64,000 nt of DNA from NCBI GenBank assembly GCA_963698775.1, contig CAVOSE010000072.1, positions 4,720 through 68,719 on the forward strand, in the 5' to 3' direction. The position numbers and the translations under genes are program-made. The DNA comes from an uncultured Gammaproteobacteria bacterium (lineage in GTDB: Bacteria > Pseudomonadota > Gammaproteobacteria > Chromatiales > Chromatiaceae). Shown here piece by piece: positions 55,357 to 64,000 of the stretch. Numbering within the stretch: position 1 is the stretch's first letter; every line of letters begins with the position of its first letter. A model generated the notes under the pieces. The model was not told the origin of the DNA and ran no database searches. It was given only the letters and a program-made list of their open reading frames with translations.

Positions 55357-56601
55357 ATGGCCCTCCCCTTGCCTGTTGTCGACCGAGCGACGTCTGCTGG
55401 CGCCTTGTCGGCGACCCAGTCCGGCTGTCGCGTCCGTCCGGCCGTCGTCACCGATCTCAATGCCCTCGTCGCGCTGGAAGATGCCTGCTTCGATAGCGAT
55501 AGGCTGACGCGCCGCCAGTTTCGCTACATGCTGGCGCGGGCACAGGCAACGTTGTTGGTCGCCGAGTCGGCGTCCACGGGCGCTACCGACGCTCCTGACT
55601 CCACCGATGGTGGTTTGCTCGGCTACGTACTCGTGCTGTTCAATCGCGCCACGTCCGTGGCGCGGCTGTACTCAATCGCCGTGGCTGCGGCCGCACGCGG
55701 GAAAGGGATAGGTCAAGCCTTGGTACAGGCCGCCGAGGAGGCCACCTGGGACGCGGAGCGGGCCTATCTGCGGTTGGAAATTCGGCGCGATAATCTGGCA
55801 TCCCAAGCCCTGTTCGAGCGCTCCGGCTATCGCCGTTTCGGCGTGTTGTCCGACTATTATGAAGACCACATGGAGGCGCTGCGCTACGAGAAGCAGCTGG
55901 CGCCCTATGCCCGCCGCACGCCGACGCGAGTGCCGTTCTACGAACAGACGCTGGACTTCACTTGCGGGGCGTCGTCGTTGATGATGGCGATGCAGGCGCT
56001 GTCGCCGGAGCTGAGCCTGGACCGCACGCTGGAGCTGCGCATCTGGCGCGAGGCGACCACCATCTTCATGACCTCGGGCCATGGCGGCTGTGGTCCGTTT
56101 GGTTTGGCGCTGGCGGCGCATGCCCGCGGCTATCAAGCCGAGGTATGGGTCAACGACGTCGGCGTGCCGTTGATCGACTCGGTCCGTAGCCCGGAGAAAA
56201 AGGAGGTCATGCGGCTGGTGCACGAGGACATGCTGGCCGAGATCGAGCGCCTGCAGATTCCCCTGACCTACGGCACCCTCGGGCTGGATGCGTTGGAGGC
56301 GCGCTTTCGCGCTGGCGCCGTACCGCTGGTTCTGATCAGTTCCTACCGGATCTATTCCGAGAAGTTCCCGCACTGGGTGGTGGTGACGGGATTTGATCAA
56401 CATTTTGTTTATGTGCACGATCCCTATGTGGATTACGACAGTGGCGAGACCCCGTTGGATTCGATAAACATGCCCATTCAGCCGGCCGAGTTCCGGCGCA
56501 TGAACCGTTACGGCCGCGCGGGGCTGCAGGCCGTGGTGCTGATCTCCCTGCCCGGATCACAGCCCGCCTTGATGCAGTCGTCCGTGGCCGACCATGGCTG
56601 A
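55357..56601 (+). CDS. RimI-like GNAT acetyltransferase fused to a C39-like peptidase (DUF3335)
   Basis: RLYSIAV..RGKGIG, DYYED; QTLDFTCG, WREATTIFMTSGHGGC, PHWVV, HDP. Confidence 0.88.
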   Translation: MALPLPVVDRATSAGALSATQSGCRVRPAVVTDLNALVALEDACFDSDRLTRRQFRYMLARAQATLLVAESASTGATDAPDSTDGGLLGYVLVLFNRATSVARLYSIAVAAAARGKGIGQALVQAAEEATWDAERAYLRLEIRRDNLASQALFERSGYRRFGVLSDYYEDHMEALRYEKQLAPYARRTPTRVPFYEQTLDFTCGASSLMMAMQALSPELSLDRTLELRIWREATTIFMTSGHGGCGPFGLALAAHARGYQAEVWVNDVGVPLIDSVRSPEKKEVMRLVHEDMLAEIERLQIPLTYGTLGLDALEARFRAGAVPLVLISSYRIYSEKFPHWVVVTGFDQHFVYVHDPYVDYDSGETPLDSINMPIQPAEFRRMNRYGRAGLQAVVLISLPGSQPALMQSSVADHG

Positions 56602-58099
56602 GCATATCTTGCTGGTGGAACAGGCCAGCGACTGGAAGTCCGGTTTTCCCAAATTGCCGGTGGTCACGGCCCGGGAGTACCTCGGCGGCGGCGAGGCGTT
56701 CTCGCCCAAGCGCCGGTTGCGGGTGGTGAACCTGTGCCGCAGCCACCGCTATCTGAGCATCGGCTATTACTGCTCGCTGCTGGCGGAGGCGCGTGGTCAT
56801 AAGGTGGTGCCGAGCGTGCGTACCATGCAGGATCTCTCCAGCCGCGGCATCTACGGCCTCATTACCGACGAACTCAACCAGCGCGTGCAGCGCCTGTTGG
56901 GTAGGCGTCGCGGTGCGGCAACGCCGACGGCCTATGAGCTGACCATCTTCTTCGGGCAATGCGCGACGCGGGAGTTGCAGCCGCTGGCGCGCGAGATCTT
57001 CGAGACCTTTCGCTGCCCGGCGTTGCGGGTCGAACTGAAGCAATCCGATACCGGCGGCGGCAGCTGGCGCATTGGGGCCATCAAGGCGCTGACTCTGAAC
57101 GTCCTAACCGCGGAGCAGGAGCAAGAGTTCTTGACCGCGCTGGAGTGGTACCTGTCGCAGCGTTGGCGACAGCCGCGGGCGCGTCTGCGTTACCGCTACG
57201 ATCTGGCCATTCTGCACGATCCGGACGAAGAGCTGCCGCCGTCCAATCCCAAGGCTCTGCGCCGGTTTCAGCAGGCCGGCAAGGTCTTGGGCGTCAACGT
57301 CGAGCTGATTCAGCGCAAGGACTTCGGTCGCCTGGCCGAATATGACGCGTTGTTGATTCGTGAGACCACCCGTATCGGCCATCACACCTTTCGTTTCGCC
57401 AAGAAGGCTGACAGCGAGGGGATGGTGGTTATCGATGACCCGGACTCGATCCTGCGCTGCACTAACAAGGTGTTTCTGGCAGAACTGCTGGAGGCCAACC
57501 AAGTCCCCCGGCCGCGGACCCAAATCCTGCGTCGCGAGACCTTGTTTGACGTGGAGGCCGCGATTCCCTATCCGGTGGTGCTGAAGATCCCGGAGGGCTC
57601 TTTTTCGCGCGGCGTCTTCAAGGCCAAGGACCGCGCCGAGCTGAAACGGATCGCGCAAAAGTTGTTCAAGGAGTCGGACCTGATCCTGGCCCAGGAGTAC
57701 CTCTATACCGAGTTCGATTGGCGCATCGGCATCCTCGGCCGTCGGCCGCTGTATGCCAGCAAATACTTCATGAGCCGTGACCATTGGCAGATCGTCCGCC
57801 ACGAGGGCGACGGCAGTCACGACGAGGGCACCTTCGAGACCGTGCCGGTGGAGCAGGCGCCGAAGGACGTGCTGCGCGTCGCGCTGCGCGCCGCCAACCT
57901 GATCGGCGATGGACTCTATGGCGTCGACGTCAAGGCCACCGCGCGCGGCGCCGTCTGTATCGAGGTCAACGACAACCCGAATCTGGACGCCGGCATCGAG
58001 GACGCGGTGCTGGGCGAGGACCTCTATCGCGCCATCATCGCGCACATGGTGGAACGCTTGGAGCAGGGGCGGGCCGAGCGGCGCGGCGGGCGCGGCTGA
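56594..58099 (+). CDS. RimK-family ATP-grasp ligase with N-terminal RLAN domain
   Basis: VNLCRSHRYLSIGYYCSLLAEARGH, RCTNKVFL, LKIPEGSFSRGV, DWRIG, YGVDVK, EVNDNP. Confidence 0.9.
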   Translation: MAEHILLVEQASDWKSGFPKLPVVTAREYLGGGEAFSPKRRLRVVNLCRSHRYLSIGYYCSLLAEARGHKVVPSVRTMQDLSSRGIYGLITDELNQRVQRLLGRRRGAATPTAYELTIFFGQCATRELQPLAREIFETFRCPALRVELKQSDTGGGSWRIGAIKALTLNVLTAEQEQEFLTALEWYLSQRWRQPRARLRYRYDLAILHDPDEELPPSNPKALRRFQQAGKVLGVNVELIQRKDFGRLAEYDALLIRETTRIGHHTFRFAKKADSEGMVVIDDPDSILRCTNKVFLAELLEANQVPRPRTQILRRETLFDVEAAIPYPVVLKIPEGSFSRGVFKAKDRAELKRIAQKLFKESDLILAQEYLYTEFDWRIGILGRRPLYASKYFMSRDHWQIVRHEGDGSHDEGTFETVPVEQAPKDVLRVALRAANLIGDGLYGVDVKATARGAVCIEVNDNPNLDAGIEDAVLGEDLYRAIIAHMVERLEQGRAERRGGRG

Positions 58100-58172
58100 G
58101 GTCGCGCGCCGGGGTCGCCCCAAGAGGGAGGCGGAGACAACAACGCGCACGAGTCAACCGGACGCGGTAGCA

Positions 58173-58490
58173 GTCAGGGCCTGCTTGGCGAATGGTTCGA
58201 CCGGCACCGGCACCGGCACCGGACGGCGGTATCGTCTCGGCATGCTGCTGTTCCATGCCGACGACAGCTTCTTTGCGGAGTACGACATCGTTCGCCCGCA
58301 TCCGGGCAATCCACGCCTGTTCGTCGAGGCGGTCGAAGCCTGGGGCCGGGGCCAGGATATTCGCCGCGACGCGCGGATGATGCCGATGCCCGACGAGTTG
58401 GCGGCAGCGGACGCCTGAGCCTTGCTGCCGTCGGCAGGACATTGCATCCGAGTCGAAGCATGCCAGACACATGCGTGATTCTCATCATAA
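58173..58490 (+). pseudogene. ~300-bp direct repeat, copy 2: partial duplicate of the 54260 and 54694 genes
   Basis: Same sequence with a CCGGCA expansion/19-nt insertion; truncated at both ends. Confidence 0.88.
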
Positions 58491-58517
58491 TGGTGTCGGA
58501 CGTTCCTGCGTTTGGGT

Positions 58518-59306
58518 TTACATTGACCGGCGTTTCCAGTTGGGATGGGCACGCGAGTTGGAGCGGATGGCCTCGTAGACGAGCTGGAAGCGCTTGCCTC
58601 GGGCAGTGACAAAGTCCTGACCGAAAGCACTGTTGCCGGCGAGGATGCCGCGTAGAGGAGCGCCTTTGCTGAACTGAATCAGCTTCGATCTGAACTGCTT
58701 CGCCCACATGCGTTGGCTTTCGCCCGGGCACTCCTGTCGATAGTACACATTTGGGTCCTGGTAGTTGATGCCGCGCACGCTGTAGCTGCCCTTGATTCGG
58801 ATCTCCGGATCGCCGGCCTCCCTGATCGGTCCGGCGAAAGCGGTTGGCTGGCTCTGCGGATCGAACCAGGTGCCGTTTTCCCGCAAGACCCTGCGTGCGT
58901 TGATCTGAAGAGAGAAATCGTTTCCGTCTGCGGGGATACCGCCGTGTGCAAACAAGGACTCGCTCTCACTTTCATGCCAAAACATCTCTCGAGAACCCCG
59001 CCGCCCAAAGAGGTTGCCGCAGTCGAGCGTCTCGGTCTCGGCGTGCGCCGCTCGCCAAGCGGCGCCCCGAACCAAACCGAATACCGTCCCTTGGAGGCGA
59101 CCGCCCGCGCGGCGGATCACGGCTGCCTCTTCGGGATAGGCGCGCGCCCTAGGAATCTCCTTCATGGTGATCCAAGCCCACTCACGTTCCTCCTGGTTCG
59201 AGGCATCGGAAATGGTCAGTGTGAAATGCCAGTAGGTAGCGGCGCCGGCTGATACAGGCGGTAGGAGGAGGAGGGCGAGGCAGAGCGAAAGCTTTAGCAA
59301 AACCAT
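58518..59306 (-). CDS. Hypothetical secreted protein
   Basis: GGAG RBS; signal peptide MVLLKLSLCLALLLLPPVSAGA; no family recognised. Confidence 0.7.
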   Translation of the reverse strand: MVLLKLSLCLALLLLPPVSAGAATYWHFTLTISDASNQEEREWAWITMKEIPRARAYPEEAAVIRRAGGRLQGTVFGLVRGAAWRAAHAETETLDCGNLFGRRGSREMFWHESESESLFAHGGIPADGNDFSLQINARRVLRENGTWFDPQSQPTAFAGPIREAGDPEIRIKGSYSVRGINYQDPNVYYRQECPGESQRMWAKQFRSKLIQFSKGAPLRGILAGNSAFGQDFVTARGKRFQLVYEAIRSNSRAHPNWKRRSM

Positions 59307-59499
59307 CGTGATACTCCGGTCATGGCGTTGCTCACAACATAGGATAGATTGGCTCATGTCGCCAGATGGCAGACCCGTGCGGGCTGGCCCAGGCATGCCT
59401 CTACATTCGGGAACGAAACGCCGGCCGGCTTGGTGAGTAGCGCCCGCCAATCGCAGCCTCAGGGCGATTCGTGTCGATCGCTCATGCCAACTGGACGCC

Positions 59500-59677
59500 C
59501 TAGATTGCTTGGGGCGCCGAATGCTTGCAGAGGAGTCAAGTTTCGATGCAGCATAGGACCCGCGAGAGTCCTCAATCGAAATCGAAATCGAAATCGAAAT
59601 CGAAATCGATACCGATACCGATACCGATACCGATACCGATGATCACGACTCGTCGGTGTGAGGCGAAGCCTCGTTAG
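59500..59677. repeat. Dispersed microsatellite-cored element (family D), copy 2
   Basis: CTAGATTGCT...GAGTCAAGTTTCGATGC...(AAATCG)5(ATACCG)5...GATCACGACTCGTC...GCCTCGTTAG. Confidence 0.85.
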
Positions 59678-59679
59678 TA

Positions 59680-60066
59680 CTACCAAAGTGTTTCAACACC
59701 AAACAGTTCAAAAGCTGAGTCGCGCGTCACAAGCGGCAGTCCCTCCAGCATGCTCTGTGCGGCCAACATCCGATCGAAAGGATCACGATGGCCCACCACC
59801 CAACCACCGGCGCGCAGGGCATGGAGATAACTGACGGGCAGATGCAGGAAGCCGTCCGCTGCCACCAATTCGGCGTAGCGGGCGGCGGCATCAGGGACTT
59901 CTTCGAGCTTGCCGATACGTTGTTTGGTTGCGATTTCCCAGGCGCTTGCTGCGCTCGCATGGATCGTGTTCGCAGGATCGGCGATGGCCGCTCTGGCCCG
60001 ATCGGACAACCGCGCATCATCGGTGAACCACCACAACAACGCGTGTGTGTCCAGTAGCAGTCGCAT
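59680..60066 (-). CDS. vapC: VapC (PIN domain) toxin
   Basis: LLLDTHALLWW, SAASAWEIATK, HRDPFDRML, LVTRD. Confidence 0.93.
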   Translation of the reverse strand: MRLLLDTHALLWWFTDDARLSDRARAAIADPANTIHASAASAWEIATKQRIGKLEEVPDAAARYAELVAADGFLHLPVSYLHALRAGGWVVGHRDPFDRMLAAQSMLEGLPLVTRDSAFELFGVETLW

Positions 60067-60299
60067 CAGCGCGATTCCCAGACATCCAGCTCCGCATCCG
60101 GCAAGGCGTCGAAGAACGCCTCTCCGACCCTGCCAGCAAGCCGACCGGGCCGACGCTGCGGCGAGGCCGACTCCAGCGGCACCAGCCGTGCATACGGCTT
60201 ACCGGCCTTGGCAACAATGATCTCGTGCCCCTGGTGCGCTTGCTCCAGAAGCTTTGAGAAGTGGGTCTTGGCTTCGTGAACGTTGACTATCCGACTCAT
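60066..60299 (-). CDS. Phd/YefM-family antitoxin
   Basis: VNVHEAKTHFSKLL, IIVAKAGKPYARLVP; coupled to vapC. Confidence 0.92.
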   Translation of the reverse strand: MSRIVNVHEAKTHFSKLLEQAHQGHEIIVAKAGKPYARLVPLESASPQRRPGRLAGRVGEAFFDALPDAELDVWESR

Positions 60300-60531
60300 C
60301 AGGCCTTCCAAGTAGACTTAGTCCAAGGCTAAGGCTACTTTTCCCCAGAAAAGCCGCAAGCAAACGCCGCAAGCGCTAGGTCCGAAACATGGCCTCCGGT
60401 GCTGTCTCCGTTGCGTCGACCACAATGGGCTGCCGCGACTCGTGGGGAGTCGTCGCGCGCGGGAGCATGGCGTCGCTACCGCGTGGAGCACGGAGTGCTG
60501 CTATGCTCGCGACCGCGGCGCACGGGGTGTC

Positions 60532-62112
60532 GTGGTCAACCGGGAGCAGTACGTGGCACGCATCGATCGAGACAGCGATAACCCGACGAGGGCGGATCTG
60601 GAGGCGGCACTTGGACGCTACCGTTCGCTGTTCGGCGATGTAGTCGACGACTGGGACGGCTTCATCGACGCGCTGTTGCGGCCGTTGCCGACCTGCCTGT
60701 GGAGCAACCCGGCCCGCATCGATGGGGCGGATTTCGCGGCGCTGATCGCGGAAGAGGGGGTCGCTGCCGAGCCGGTCGCCTGGTTAGATCGTTGGTTAGA
60801 CAGTGGGTTAGCCGCTGGGTCGGCCGTTGAATCAAACAATGCCGGAGTGGCTTCGCCGATTGATACCGCAGCCACCCTGGGCAGCGCCTTTCGCCTGCCG
60901 CCGGGCTTCAAGGCCGGGCAGCGCTGGTGGTATTGCGCCGGTTTGGCGCATGCGCAGGAAGAGGTCTCGCAACTGCCCGTGACGCTGCTGGACGTGCGCC
61001 CCGGCCAGCGCGTGCTGGACCTGTGCGCGGCTCCGGGCGGCAAGACCGCTCAGATTGCGCTCGCGCTCGGCAACCGCGGCACGCTGCTGGCCAACGACTT
61101 CTCGCCGGAGCGCCTGTCCGCATTGCAGGGCAACCTGGACCGGCTCGGCATCGTCAATTGCAGCACCACCTGGTGCGACGGCGGAAATTATCCTGCCGCC
61201 GCCGGCCCGTTCGACCGTATCCTGGTGGACGCCCCCTGCTCCAGCGAGGGCACGTTGCGGCGCAACCGCAGCCTGGCGTTTCGCATCGGCACCGAGCGCA
61301 ATGAACGCATGGCCTCACGCCAACGGGCCTTGCTGCGCAAGGCGGTGCAATTGTGTCGACCGGGCGGGCGCATCGTCTATTCCACCTGCACCTTCGCACC
61401 GGAGGAGAACGAACTGATCGTCGCCGACGCGCTCGAGGCGAGCAACGGTCGGCTGACGCTGTTGCCGGTGATGGTGCCGGGTCTAGGCACCAGCGCCGGC
61501 ATCACCCGCTGGCAAGGTCGTGATCTCGACGCGAGCCTGGCGCGTTGCCTGCGTGTCTGGCCGCACAGCAACGATACCGGCGGCTTTTTTGTCGCGGTGC
61601 TGGAGAAGGCGGCCGACGCTGCCTGCGTTGCGGAGCCCGCCAGCGCCGGCTTGGCGTTGACCGAAGACGACGGCAATTGGCTCGGCGAGCTTGCCGAACA
61701 CTACGGCCTGCCGGAATGGCTGTCGACAGGCTTCCGCCTGCACCGACAGACCCGTCGCGGGCTGCATCTGGCCGCCGCCGACCATGTCCCGCCCGCTGCG
61801 CCCGCCCCCCAGGGCAGCGGACTATTTCTCTACCGCACCAACCTGCGCCCGCCGAAACTGACCACCGCCGGTGCGTTGCTCCTTGGGCCCCACGCGAGCC
61901 GCAACCGGCTCGATCTGACCGCCGCCCAACGCGATGCCTATCTGCGCCGCGAGAATCTGACGCCGCCTGCCGGGCAGACCGGCGACTGCGGCCTAGGTCA
62001 GGTGCTGGTCCGCTATCGCGGTTTTTCCCTCGGCGTCGCCGTTTTACACCGTTCCGGCACGCTGGAGAGCCTGTTCCCGCGCAAATGGAGCGGCTGCGCC
62101 GCCGGGCCTTAG
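60532..62112 (+). CDS. RsmB/NOP2 (RsmF-like) RNA m5C methyltransferase
   Basis: QEEVS, DLCAAPGGKT, DAPCSSEG, YSTCTFAPEENE, GFF; start uncertain. Confidence 0.9.
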   Translation: MVNREQYVARIDRDSDNPTRADLEAALGRYRSLFGDVVDDWDGFIDALLRPLPTCLWSNPARIDGADFAALIAEEGVAAEPVAWLDRWLDSGLAAGSAVESNNAGVASPIDTAATLGSAFRLPPGFKAGQRWWYCAGLAHAQEEVSQLPVTLLDVRPGQRVLDLCAAPGGKTAQIALALGNRGTLLANDFSPERLSALQGNLDRLGIVNCSTTWCDGGNYPAAAGPFDRILVDAPCSSEGTLRRNRSLAFRIGTERNERMASRQRALLRKAVQLCRPGGRIVYSTCTFAPEENELIVADALEASNGRLTLLPVMVPGLGTSAGITRWQGRDLDASLARCLRVWPHSNDTGGFFVAVLEKAADAACVAEPASAGLALTEDDGNWLGELAEHYGLPEWLSTGFRLHRQTRRGLHLAAADHVPPAAPAPQGSGLFLYRTNLRPPKLTTAGALLLGPHASRNRLDLTAAQRDAYLRRENLTPPAGQTGDCGLGQVLVRYRGFSLGVAVLHRSGTLESLFPRKWSGCAAGP

Positions 62113-62237
62113 GGGGTAACTGACTTGTTGTCTATCGGTGCCGGTCCAGGGCCAACCCTCGCCTCGGGTTGGAGCAATGCCGCGGCGCATGCTAGCCTTC
62201 CGGCCCTTCCTAAATCCCGCGCCGGCGTTGAATCCCC

Positions 62238-62534
62238 ATGTCCGACTCCGAACTCATCGTCCAATTGTTCGCGCTGATGGCGCGGTTGACGGAAGAGACC
62301 GAGGGTTATCTCGACCGTCAGGATGATCCCCAGCTCTGGTACAACCGCGGCTACGCCAACGGCATGGCCGCCGCGCTGCGCGAGTTGGGGCATAGCCAGC
62401 GGGTCGACCAGACCCTAGCCGCGGACCCCTACGAGGTCGCCCGCGATCAAGACCATCTGCCCTGGGGCAAGGCCTACGAACACGGCCACGAAATGGGCGT
62501 CAAGGAGACCTTCGAGGTGCTGCCAAGGGACTGA
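62238..62534 (+). CDS. Hypothetical protein
   Basis: 98-aa ORF with host-like codon usage (WYNRGYANGM, PWGKAYEHG). Confidence 0.7.
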   Translation: MSDSELIVQLFALMARLTEETEGYLDRQDDPQLWYNRGYANGMAAALRELGHSQRVDQTLAADPYEVARDQDHLPWGKAYEHGHEMGVKETFEVLPRD

Positions 62535-62629
62535 GGCGCAGCCCTTTAACAGGCGCAGCATCCGCCCACAACTAAGCTCGACACTGGCCGGCGCGAGCGC
62601 GCCGCGCCCGTTCATTTGAGGATCGATTC

Positions 62630-63445
62630 ATGCCCAAGCTCGTCTCCTTCAACACCAACGGCATTCGCAGCCGGCAGCACCAGCTTGAGGCGCTGAAGCT
62701 GCGTCATGATCCGGACGTGATCGGCATTCAGGAGTCGAAGGTGGCCGACGACGCCTTCCCGGTCGGTATGATCGAATCCTTGGGTTATGTGCCAAATTTT
62801 CACGGGCAAAAGGGCCATTACGGCGTCGCACTGCTGAGCAAATCGGCGCCGCGCTCGGTGTTTAGGGGCTTTCCTACCGATGAGGACGATGCCCAGCGCC
62901 GTGCCATCACCGGTATCTTCGGGCTGCCCGACGGTGGGGATCTGACCGTGATCGATGGCTATTTCCCCCAGGGAGACAGCCGGGATCATCCTACCAAGTT
63001 TCCGAATAAGCGCCGTTTCTACGCGGACCTGGCGGTCTATCTGCGCCAGCAGTTTCGCCCAGACCAAAACCTGGTACTGATGGGCGACATGAACGTTGCG
63101 CCGCTGGATGCGGACATCGGCATCGGTGCCGATAACGCCAAGCGCTGGCTGAAGAGCGGAAAGTGCAGCTTCTTGCCCGAGGAACGTGATTGGCTCAAGG
63201 CCCTTACGGATTGGGGGCTCTATGACGCCTATCGAGTCATCCACCCGGACGTGGACGACCGCTACAGTTGGTTCGACTACCGCTCCCGCGGCTTCGAGCG
63301 AGAACCCAAGCGCGGGCTTCGCATCGACCTGATCCTGGTCACTGCGCCCATCCGCGAGCGTTTGCGCGACGCCGGCATTGACTACGACATCCGTGGTCTG
63401 GAGAAACCATCGGACCACTGTCCGATTTGGATTGACTATGAGTGA
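62630..63445 (+). CDS. xth: Exodeoxyribonuclease III
   Basis: SFNTNGIR, IQESK, YFPQG, GDMN, YSWFDYR, GLRID, SDHCP. Confidence 0.96.
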   Translation: MPKLVSFNTNGIRSRQHQLEALKLRHDPDVIGIQESKVADDAFPVGMIESLGYVPNFHGQKGHYGVALLSKSAPRSVFRGFPTDEDDAQRRAITGIFGLPDGGDLTVIDGYFPQGDSRDHPTKFPNKRRFYADLAVYLRQQFRPDQNLVLMGDMNVAPLDADIGIGADNAKRWLKSGKCSFLPEERDWLKALTDWGLYDAYRVIHPDVDDRYSWFDYRSRGFEREPKRGLRIDLILVTAPIRERLRDAGIDYDIRGLEKPSDHCPIWIDYE

Positions 63446-63597
63446 TGGTCTAAGTCTTGTCAGACATCGACTCGCGCATGACCGTCTGAGCATTCTTGTC
63501 TGGCGGGCAAGGCTGTTTTCCGGATCGGCGGCTGGTCTCTTGCGCCCGCGGGTCCATCTCCCTCAGGTGTAACGAAACACCATCACTGGAGGTCACC

Positions 63598-64000
63598 ATG
63601 CTTAGTATTCGTCGCGCCGCCGAGCGCGGCCACGCCAATCACGGCTGGCTCGACAGCTATCACAGCTTCTCGTTTTCCAGCTACCACGATCCTGCGTACA
63701 TGGGCTATTCGAACCTGCGTGTGATCAACGAGGACCGCATCGCGCCGCGAGGAGGGTTCCCCACCCACGGGCACGAGGACATGGAGATCGTGACGTACGT
63801 TATGGAGGGGGCACTGGAGCACAAGGACAGCATGGGCAACGGTTCGATCATCCGCCCCGGCGATGTGCAGTACATGAGCGCTGGTACCGGTGTGCGCCAT
63901 AGCGAGTACAATCCGTCCGCCGACGCGCCGGTGCACCTGTTGCAGATCTGGCTGCTGCCTAATCGAAACGGCGTCGAGCCGGGCTACGACCAGCGGCACT
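63598..64000 (+). CDS. Pirin family protein (YhhW-like), runs off the window edge
   Basis: Manual translation: [53 protein letters not shown]. Confidence 0.93.
   Translation, partial: MLSIRRAAERGHANHGWLDSYHSFSFSSYHDPAYMGYSNLRVINEDRIAPRGGFPTHGHEDMEIVTYVMEGALEHKDSMGNGSIIRPGDVQYMSAGTGVRHSEYNPSADAPVHLLQIWLLPNRNGVEPGYDQRH

Noticed and set aside
54426-58490. Direct repeat as a DGR template/variable repeat pair
   Set aside because: Mismatches are not adenine-specific, many are synonymous, and there is no reverse transcriptase in the window

Overview
A GC-rich gammaproteobacterial chromosomal segment, probably Chromatiaceae-like (inferred from gene content and order). It opens with the edge of an exopolysaccharide locus: a GT2 gene, decayed gene fragments, an ISL3 remnant, and rfaH-wzb-wza-wzc with many frameshifts. 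Next come a GNAT/HDAC/Pat lysine-acetylation module, DUF29, an MrfA/MrfB-type helicase-exonuclease pair, an M1 aminopeptidase with ChaN-PDZ, trhP, an amidase-like protein, trmO, purL, an FGGY kinase, queF, smc-zipA-ligA, an alpha-carbonic-anhydrase-like protein, the PPIase-yciI-yciB / PHP-yciO-S2P-trpS-scpA-scpB-rluB block, argE, a GNAT-C39 + RimK-like pair, a Phd-VapC TA system, an RsmF-like methyltransferase, xth and a pirin. The most notable observations are: (i) two intact, apparently exported pseudoenzymes (an alpha-CA lacking two Zn ligands and an amidase lacking its nucleophile); (ii) a family of ~90-145 bp elements with terminal inverted repeats that carry covarying GTAG-REP hairpins; (iii) a second dispersed element in which conserved, self-complementary arms enclose hexamer microsatellites; (iv) a ~300 bp diverged direct repeat bracketing the GNAT-C39/RimK cassette; (v) a TA operon collapsed into an antitoxin-toxin fusion. 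Scattered single-base indels suggest assembly errors. No rRNA, tRNA, CRISPR array or intact mobile-element enzyme was seen. All calls come from manual motif recognition; no database search was run.
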